Origin: Paramecium tetraurelia
Taxonomy: Eukaryota
Assembly: GCA_000165425.1 (NCBI GenBank)
Contig: CT868596.1
Location: 248,001 to 312,000, forward strand
DNA: 64,000 bases
Reading direction: 5' to 3'
A model generated the notes under the pieces. The model was given only the letters and a program-made list of their open reading frames with translations, had not been told where the DNA came from and made no database searches. Made by a program: the position numbers and the translations under genes. Within the stretch, counting starts at the first letter, position 1; every line of letters begins with the position of its first letter. Of this stretch, positions 54,183 to 64,000 are shown one piece after another.

Positions 54183-55372
54183 TCAAAAGATTAGACATCC
54201 TGCATTGAATTCATGTTCATTTGCCTCGTTTTCTACAATGGCATACTCATCTTCATATTTCCTCTATGGTTCGCCTAAATTATAGTGAAACATTCTAACC
54301 ATAACTGGGTTTGAAGTTGATTTCAATTGGTTCTTGTCTATAGAGATGATCATCAGACTATTTTGCTATAGACTATTGTTATTATGATTGAGTCTGAACT
54401 GGAGTAGTAGGTCTGTATTCCATCTTAACAGATTCTTCACGTTCAGAGGGTACCTTATAGTTGGATTTATATAATATCTGCTCAGAGGGCTTTTAATTTT
54501 AAATCACAATTTCCTATTGTCGGAAGGATTCATTGATTTTTTATTTACTCAGACTTACTTACTCTGAAGGCAAGTTCATACTCGATCTGTTAAATTAAGT
54601 ATCCAAAGTAATTCGGTCTTGAGGAAATGGATTGTTTGAAGTTTATCTACATATTTAATAAAAATCCAAACATGATTGAAATATTAGGTTATGGTATTGA
54701 TCTCTGTGAAGATTGAACATCCCTTATTTTTTCGAATTGCTCATATTTAAGTGGTTCAAACTTGTAAGGTTCAAATTTCTCATAAACTTTCGGTTTTTCT
54801 TATTTTGCCATTTTATCAAAATCGTACATCTGATATTTTGGGTCAGACTTAGGAACTTCATAAGTTGTTTTGCTCTAGTAGTTCTTCACACTACCTTAGG
54901 GTTCTTAAACTTAATTGATAATAATATTTAATACATTTGTTGATATATGCTATCATAATTAGTTCAAGTACCTGTCTATATAAATGATCCGGTCTGTGGT
55001 TTTTAATAATCGATACTTTAGTAATTAAATTATGAAGTCGGTTATGCATTCACTTCTATTGGCTTATGGACTTAGCTGGTCCTGTAGGTGTCCATCTCTG
55101 ATGATTGATAGTTTGCTTGTTAATTTGGGTACTGGTGGACATTGGGGGCTGTATAAGGATTTGTATGTACAATTCATGTCCAGGGATGACACTCCTCCAT
55201 ATTAAAAAAGCATTTATTTTTGTTCAGCTTATTTTTGTTCGGTACTAGTATTTCTTATTGACCTGGTTAGTCTCTTTGTGGGTTCTGGCTCAGGACCTGT
55301 ATCGAAAATGGCTCTTGCAGTTCCCATTCTTTGACTTGTGGCTATTGGACTCTAACTTCTTCGATCTAACAT
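54183..55372 (-). CDS. Hypothetical disordered protein ending in a CaaX-like CLIF
   Basis: MLDRRSQSPIATSQRMGTAR...ENEANEHEFNAGCLIF*. Confidence 0.65.
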
Positions 55373-55612
55373 TTTATAATATAAATTTATTAATCTTTAA
55401 ATTTGTTAAAGTGCATTAGACAAAATATACACTTACTTAAGATCTACTAATTTGTGGTTACTTTTGTAATTGAAATAATATTAAATTAACCAAATAACAA
55501 AATACTATATTAATAATTTGCTTATTTCATTTTATGATATTGATGAAAAAATCAAATTTATCCAGTATGCTTTATTTAAACAAACAAATACAATTAATCC
55601 TATAAAATAATT

Positions 55613-58272
55613 ATGAATAATTAAAGTGAAAGAAATATAAGTTCCAGAAGATCCAGTATTGGACCGGCTTTTATAAGAAGCCCATCATATTTATAATATA
55701 GAAAGTAAAATTCGGATTGCTCCATCTATTCTGAATCAATAGACTAGGAGGTATCAAACAAATAGGTAAAGTAAGAATATGAGGAAAGATAGTCAAGAGC
55801 TTTGTCTAATTATAGTTCATTTGCAGTACTATACTTTTTAAATTACTAGAAACTCTTTTCAAAAAGCGGAGAGAATAAAAAGTAATTTAGCGATTCAGAA
55901 AAAGTATCAAACTTTTTGAAACAAATTAAAAGCAAAGACATTATCAATAGATTTGTAACAAATCTTTTTCGAAACTCATACATTCTACCCGAAAAGTTAA
56001 AATCGGTAATTTAAGATTAGTACGTATCTAAGCACACATCTCTGTAAAGCAAATCATCTGGTACTCTTTCTTTCTATTTCATTAGATAATGGAGACGATT
56101 CTAAATTTATCAAAATATTTCAACCAGGAAGTCAACTTTTAATGTATTGGGATTTGATTGGAATTATTATCAACTTAATTTCTTTGTGGCTAAGCCCATT
56201 TTAAGCCGCTTTCACTTATCAATCTCCACTTTTTTTAATCATCACCATAATTTGGTATTTATTTTTGGAGATTTTGGTAAATTTAAATCGATCAACCATT
56301 TCATTTGGAGATATCATAAATACGAGAAGTTAAATTGTTAAGCATTATTTATAAGGATAGGGCGCGTAAGATATAATAAGTCTTATAATTTGGATAGCTA
56401 TATTCAATAAATCTTAAGAGAGTCTAATATTTGAAATTCTGTAAATGATATAAATTATAGTAACAACCAAGAAAGTCTTAACAAATTTTGACAAATTTCT
56501 TGAATCCCTCTATTCCAAAGGATCTTTCTCGAACTTGATAGATTTATTTTCTCTTGTCATAACAATCTTTTTTTTTTCTCATATAATGGCATGTATATGG
56601 TTCTACGTTGGAGAGAAGAGTGACTTGCTCTTAGATAAGTCTTGGTTGAAGAAATATGAGTTAGAGAACGAAAGTATAATGATCAAATATAACTATTCAA
56701 TATATTGGGCTACAACCACTATTGTAACAGTTGGGTATGGGGATATAACACCCTAGAATTGGATAGAAATAGTATTCACCATAATCATGATGTTTTTATC
56801 AAGTTGTGTGTATGCATATTCACTCAACTCCATTGGAATTATCTTGAAGAATATATAAGATACTAAGTATTAATATAAAAAAATGTTACTGAGAATAAAT
56901 GATTACATGGATAAGAATAATGTTGAAGTGGAGTTGTAATTGAGAGCCAGGAACTTCATAAAACATCATTTATTTCAAAATGAAAATTTAGAGAGCCAAG
57001 AGGAAATTAATAATATAATGGAGAAACTACCAGAGGATTTGAGAAACCAAATTACAAAGTCAATTTAATTAAAGATCCTAAATTAGATAACTTTTCTCAA
57101 AGATTTATTTTCAACCTAAGCAGTGACTGATATCTCAAGGTTTCTGGAGACTTAATACTTAGCATCTAATGATATAGTATTCTAATAAAATGAATATACT
57201 GATTCTAGTTTGTATTTATTTTTAATAAAGTAGATATTTTGTTTAATCAGGATCGATTGCTTTATTTGAAGAAAAATCAAACAAAACTTTAGCAACACTA
57301 AATAAAGGTGATAAATTTGGAGAATTCTCTTTTTTTACTGGACTCTATCCTAAATGTTCTGCAAAGTGCTTAAATGATGCAGTGCTCTATAAAATTTAGA
57401 GGGATAAATTCCTATAAATCATTCAATATTATTAAAAGGATTTTCAAAGGTTTCATAATATTAAAGATTAAATACTACTGAATTCTGACTACTCCAAGTG
57501 CATCTCAAGTTGTTAGAATTGCAGACTATTCACTCATTAAATCATAGATTGTCCCTTATTTTATTATAAACCAAATTTAGAATAGAGACTCAAAGCAGCA
57601 GCTTTCTAGGAGAATTAAAATTTAAGGGTGTTTCAAAAAAGGTCATTTCATAAATCCAATTGTAGAAAACTCTACAAAAACATAGAACTGTCAATTAAAG
57701 CGTTTTAAGAGGAAAATGAATCTAAAGTTCAAATCTCTGATTATTTATCTGGTTACCTATACAAAACCACTTATGAAGAAAAAGATAAATATACATCCGA
57801 TGAACCAAAATCAAGGATTGTCATAAGTGAGTAGGATCATGTTCAACCTACACATTTCGTTTCCTCTAATTAGGTTCAATAGAAAAGACATTAAACACAA
57901 TTTAGACCTTCTATTGTTGCTTACATGCCCAAATAAAGAATGTCAGTATTATAGCAAGAACTCAAATCTCAAAATTAATTATTAAATAACTCTTTCAATT
58001 CTTCATCATTCAACAAACTTTAATCTGATTTACTATTAGTATCAACTCATCAAACTAGTATGCATATTGATCAGATGATGAATTTTAAAGATTATATGCC
58101 GTCTAATAATATTTCAGCCATAATCATCTAAATTGAGAAAACTCCGAAAGGATCATCTAAACGAAGAAAAAGAGAGTTAGAGTATTTAAATAAATACACT
58201 TTCTTTCATTATGTGAAGACCATGATAATTAAAATAAGAAGATTTTAGCGTAAAACTGTTTAGTAATGGTGA
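55613..58272 (+). CDS. Second CNBD K+ channel (EAG/KCNH-like)
   Basis: SIYWATTTIVTVGYGDITP pore; CNBD (KGDKFGEFSFFTG); CQNCRLFTHQIIDCP downstream motif. Confidence 0.92.
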
Positions 58273-58300
58273 TCCTAAATATATATATATATATGTAATT

Positions 58301-59033
58301 TCATTTCATCTTTAATTGTTTAAATTTTATCTTCAATATATCAGGCGAACTGAGCTATCTTTAATTAGTTTGATTCAAATTTTAAATCTCCAAAGAGTTT
58401 AATCTAGACTTCGAATTGATTAATTAAAAAGTTTGATTTGAATTTTATTAAGTACTAGTAAAGTTTAAGGGTCTTTTTTTGAATAATCTATATGCTTTTT
58501 ACGGAGGAACAAAATAATTGGTCGATTGTTATGGTTGTTCTTTAAAGAATGGGATCTTTCCTAAGTTCTTCATTTTGTGTTTCATTCCTAATAGTTTTAA
58601 AATGTTTGATGCAATTTCATCTTAAGAAATATTATTTTAAATGAAATTATCAAATGATCTAAATCTCAAAGTATAGTTTTCAATGATATTTCCATCGAGT
58701 TGCTATTCATCATTCCAAATATTAAAAGAATCTTAAGAATTCGTGATTGTAGGGGTTTCATTGTAACCTTTGATTTTCTCTCTAATTTTTTGTTGATGAA
58801 ATGAAACAACATCTTGTGATTCATTTTCTGCTTTTTAATCGATAGACTATTAAATTTTTTGATATAATTCTAATTATTTAATAAGAAATACAGCTAATTC
58901 TGGGAGACCTGGAGGTTTCTACTAAATAAGCATTTGATTAAATGCTATTTGAGTTGAGTTGATTCCTTTAAGCCATTTTAGGAATGTTCAAAGTGATTGG
59001 TTTTAGATTCTCCTTATTGTTTTTCTTAAACAT
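58301..59033 (-). CDS. Hypothetical protein
   Basis: MFKKNNKENLKPITLNIPKMAQRNQL...; code-6 coding signature; internal structure unresolved. Confidence 0.45.
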
Positions 59034-59260
59034 AAAATGAAGTAAAAATAGTTAAAAATTACATATATATTAGAAATTATAATTCCGCTATGTTATCCAG
59101 AGTGAATTTGAGTAAATTTTAAATTTATGTATATTAAGAATGGTTATAACAATGGTGAAATGAGATTAGGTGTATGCTGTAGGGTTGTTTTAATAGTAAT
59201 TATCATTTGATGATACTGAATTATAAATTTAATATTATTCATTTTCTAATAAATTGACAA

Positions 59261-60777
59261 ATGGGTGATTAGGATTAAAAGTAGGATAAATAGAAGATAA
59301 AAACAACAAGATTGATAATCTTAATCTTATCAGCCCTTTTGCTGTTCGGAAACAATTATTCTTTTGACAATCCACAAGCATTGCAATCTTAAATAATGGA
59401 AGAAGTGCATATTTCATTAACAGAGTTCAACTATCTTTACTCTTTTTTCAGCTTCCCAAATATCCTACTCACCTTAATTGGAGGATATCTGATAGATAGA
59501 ATTGGTATTAAGTATAATTAGAAGTAGGTAGTCGAAAGAGCATAATAATATTTGCATCCCTAGTTACCGTTTCTTAAACCATAATAGCATTTGGAGGAAA
59601 GTATCACAGCTTTCACTTGATGTTATTCGGAAGAGTATTTTTAGGTGTATCAAGTGAAAATTTGATTATCTCATAAAATGTAATCATCACAGCTTGGTTT
59701 AAAGGTCACCAATTATCTACAGTATTTATATATAAAATATAAAAAGGCAAGTGGTTGTATAGTAACATTGCCAGAAATAGCAGCAGCATTGAACTCTTAC
59801 TTTTCGCCTATGATCTATGATTATACTGGAAGCATTACATATCCGTTGTTCACGAGTGTATTTGTTTGCATTTTTTCACTCCTGTGTGCAATTTTATTGT
59901 TGTTTTTTGATAAATCAAGAGACTCTATTTTACAATAAGAACAATAAGAGAAATCGAGTATTTCTGGTAATGATGAATCACATGACACTTTAAATGATAG
60001 TTAATAAATCACATAAAACACTTTACATACAGAAAGGGCAAGATTACAAGAAATCAGAGAATTCCCTGCATTGTATTGGTATCTAACTGCAATTTGTTCA
60101 TTATGTCTGGGAATTTACATTTCCTTTATGGATGATGTCAGTGATTACTATTAGAAGAAATTCTAATTTAAACCTGTTGAAGCTGGTAAATTCATTACAA
60201 TCCCTTACATTTTTAGTGCTTTATTATGTCCATTTATTGGATATTACATTGATAAAGTAGGTCATCGCAGATTTTTCTTAATGATTACTTCATTTCTATT
60301 TATCATAGCATAAATATTATTCGGCTCTGTTCATGTTGCCAGCAATGAGAAGTGGATAGCTGCTATACCATTAATTATCTAGGGTTTGGCATTTACATGT
60401 TATTCATGTGTTATGATACCTTGTGTGTAATACATTGTAGACTAAAAATATATGGGAACTGCTTTTGGAATTCTTGGCATGTTTGAGTCAATTGCTTTAT
60501 GTTTTTTCCCTATAATCGCTGGCAAAATTGTTGAATTTGCAGATGACCCCCAAATTGGATATAAAAACATGTCGCTTTTCTATTCCATTCTAGGTATACT
60601 TTCACTTTAATTCAAGGTCTAATTTCATTGTTTCTATGCATCACCCTATACCATTATGAATCCTCAAACAAGTTGGATTTTATAGATCCCAATAACCCGC
60701 TACCCGAAGAAATACGCAAACTGAATGAATATAGCATGATAACTGAGGAAAAGTGTTCAATCTCAGAGGAAAAATGA
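59261..60777 (+). CDS. MFS transporter, MFSD1-like
   Basis: LLLFGNNYSFDNPQALQ; YLYSFFSFPNILLTLIGGYLIDRIG; MLFGRVFLG; TAWFKGHQLS; IGYYIDKVGHR; MGTAFG. Confidence 0.88.
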
Positions 60778-60789
60778 TTGTGAGCTGCC

Positions 60790-63700
60790 ATCATATTTTA
60801 TTGATATTTGAATTGTATATATAAATTATATTAATTATTAATTCCTTCTTAATGAAGAGGATTACTCTTAAGAAACCAATAATTAATATAGAGAGTAACT
60901 GAATAACTTTAGCTCTATCATTTATTTCATTTTATGTTAGAGAAAGCATTATTCGAACACATTTTATAAAATAATCACATGATAATCAAATCTCACTTCT
61001 TTAAAATTCCGTACTTTTTGAATCTAGCTCTTAAAGTCTTATTCTAATGCAAAATGCTATTCGGATAGTTTTGATCATAAAACTATCTAAACTTTCTGTA
61101 TTAAGAATCCATCATATTGTGGAAATAACTTTCAATTATTAAATAGTAAAACAAACAAGTTAACGAAATGAAGACAATCCTTTTGATTAATTATATATAT
61201 ATCTTACACTAATGCTTTCTCTACTTAGATGTAATCACTTAATCTAGAATTGATTTCCTTATTAAATTCAATTACTGCGAAATTTTGCAGCGAAAACAAT
61301 ATGCCTTACAACTATCCAATATATTTAATGCTTACTTCACTGAATTCCATTAACCTTTCTAATGATACCTTCTCAAATCTCGTATCACTTGAATTTGTCA
61401 AAGATATTGATATCTAATATAAATAATCATAATAAACAATCAATCCTTTGGTTAATGCTCCATTTACCAAGTATTAACATTACTATGTTTCATACGATGA
61501 TAAATCTATGTTTTGGGTGAATATATACTTAAGTTTCCATTTTAGCATTGATCTCCATAAAATAGAGATTGAACAGATTATAAATTGTTATTATAAACTG
61601 ATTTGGTTATCTACATTGATTAAAATTGATTAATTAGTTCAAGATACTGAGTTAAATTAATTTCATTTTAATAGCGCTATTAAAAACAGTAAGCATCCTT
61701 TATTGCAACAACTGCCCAAAAGGGGAGTAGGTTTTAAGTAAAAGCATTAGTCTACATGAATAATGATATTCCATCAATAATTGATTGCAGGTAGAAGTTA
61801 TAATATATTCCCATTATTAAAAGCATCGTCATTATACTGATATAAGAGAGTAACACTTTTATTGTTAGCCTAATCCAATGTTATGACTCAGTGTATTTGG
61901 TAGTTGAATAGTCCTTATCCTGTTCAACTTCCAAATTCTCTCGTTGCATAAGGTTTTCTATTTGATTTTGCGTAGCTAAGTCATTGAAATCAATTTTACC
62001 ATTTAAATTGGTGATGTTTAAGAATCTCAGTTATTGTCTCAAAGATATCTAGTATTTATATATCAAAACAAATTGTTATTTGTTTATCATAGAAAATGAA
62101 CTCAGTAATAACTTGAATAAAATATCTATTAAATACTTTAATTTTTTTGATCATTTAAAAGAGAAACATTATATTTGAAAATATAATAGTACCATTAAAT
62201 AATGAGATAAAGAGTAGGAATGCCTAGAAAATCCCTTTAATATATTCTAAATTAGCTTCTAAGGCTTAGTTAATATTTTCCATAGATTTGTTCAAAGTCA
62301 CATAAAAGTAGGGTATTAAGTTAGTTCTATAGAAAGAGATTGTCTCATTTAGAGTAATTGGATCAACATTTAATGTAACCTGTAAAAAGTTATTAACATT
62401 TGCTCTAAAAGTTCCTATTAAATCAAGTGTGGAGATATTTTCATTAAAATCTGTATTTTGAGTGAAAATTGAAATGAAATCTTAAGTTTCTAGGGTCAAT
62501 TCGTTGAGTTATGAGACAGAGCTTTGGGCAAGCTTACTTATCTGTGTCAGATTAGCCATGTGAATGTCTTTTAGAGATAGATCTAAGTCAATAATTGAAT
62601 TATAGGTTTTAGATATGATTTAAACAAATGATGTAACTAATTCGACCTTGTTAAATGAATTCTAAATAATTGAACTTATATAAAGTTAAGGTCCAAAAAC
62701 ATATTCAGTTATTATTAAAATTAGTAAACTGATTAATAAAAAACGATTCAATAATTTAATATAAGTTAGTTCTTCTAACATTTTTGGAATCTTATTTAAA
62801 TCATCCTTAATGAATTCATTTTTTATTAACCAATTCTGTTTAGAGAATCCATCATCTGATATAGCTTTTTGGTTTGAAAAATCAACTTATAATTCATTTT
62901 CAGTAATCAATGTCTTGGTAATGTTATCCCTGATTGAATCACAGTCATTATCTTAAGGCAAGGTCTATATATTATTTTATTGATTCTAAAAGAAGTTCTA
63001 AAAATAGATATCTGAATTTCTTCTTAATATAAATTAAGTGGATTATGACGATGTAGTTCGCTTTCTCTCAGATTGACTTGAACTCTAATGAACAATTATT
63101 TAAAAATTACAGTGTATTTTTTAGCTTCCTGCTCGTAAAATTCAAATCTATTAACCTTGATAATAATAGTTTTGTCAAAAGATGACTAGGTAGTGAAGAG
63201 AATGGAACCTTCGATTTTAAGCACTTTATTCAGGTTATTTGTATTGGAACAGTATTCTTCAAAAAGCTTTTCTTTATAAAATGATATTGTACTTATTTGA
63301 TGGTAATATTTCTTCTAAGACAATAATTTGTATTTCATTATCCTTCTCAATAATTCATATTTATTAAATCTAAGTAAGCCATATTCATTCCTGATTACTA
63401 TCTTCCTTAATCTCTATATTCTCATTGATTTTGTCATTTAATCATCCTGATTAAGTGATCTTATAAATTCTGAATAATCCTCATTGAGTTATTTTTCATC
63501 CAATGGAATCCTTATATGTAAAGTGATATTATTTTCATCTATTATTTTGCGGAATTTCACGTTGTTTTTACTGAATTCATACCCATTACTTACATTCTCA
63601 TCGACAAGGGCTTGATCTAGCAAATACTTAAAATTATCGCCTCGTCTATTCGTATATCTTCTGGTTTGATGAGACACAGATATGTTTTATTAACTTTAGA

Positions 63701-64000
63701 CATATTATGTTAGTTCTTAAATATATTATTTTTAGTTTTGTGATATCCTCAATTAAAAGAAATCATAATCATTGTCCTTCATTAGCGCTTGGTAATGAGA
63801 ATATCTTAATAATTTGGGACATTAAATTAATAGGCAACTCTATTTTTAGAATAATTTCTCTATTTGAATCGTTGTAGAATCTATTTCCCAGTTTTCATTC
63901 AACAATATAAAATTAGTTGGAGTCAATTTAATTATTGGTCTTATCATACATACATACTCTATACTCATTTTTTAGTTTAAAATACATTTTAGATATTTAT
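60790..64000 (-). CDS. Large hypothetical protein, 5'-truncated by the window edge (3' end approximate)
   Basis: Long code-6 open frame on the minus strand including SHQTRRYTNRRGDNFKYLLDQALVDE; no motif recognised. Confidence 0.55.

Noticed and set aside
59080..59225. Slightly GC-richer intergenic segment with TGATGA/CTGA, considered as a C/D snoRNA
   Set aside because: The boxes are adjacent with no guide region or terminal stem
1..64000. Transposons, IESs, tRNA/rRNA genes and telomere addition sites
   Set aside because: No transposase or RT motifs, terminal inverted repeats, cloverleafs or telomeric repeats recognised; IESs cannot be called without a germline/somatic comparison

Overview
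AT-rich, gene-dense eukaryotic DNA with the hallmarks of a Paramecium-type ciliate macronuclear chromosome. TAA/TAG read as Gln, TGA is the only stop, introns are about 22-27 nt GT..AG, and a trichocyst matrix protein gene is present. The supplied standard-code ORF track therefore shows only fragments, and the models below come from manual code-6 translation (ends and introns approximate where stated). About 35 genes were resolved, including COMMD4, RPL27A, DEGS-type desaturase, two Ser/Thr kinases, a DNAJB12-like chaperone, prefoldin 1, a phosducin-like protein, a GFA/CENP-V protein, two CNBD K+ channels, two MORN proteins, an MFSD1-like transporter and a ~2000-aa repeat coiled-coil protein. 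Highlights: (1) two SelW/Rdx-type selenoprotein genes with an in-frame TGA in a CxxU motif, each followed by a canonical-looking 3'UTR SECIS; (2) a lectin / ADP-ribosyltransferase / PARG cluster in which the toxin-like multidomain ART is frameshifted just before its catalytic loop; (3) a small secreted 8-Cys peptide, a NudE-like protein and a possible degenerate globin domain.
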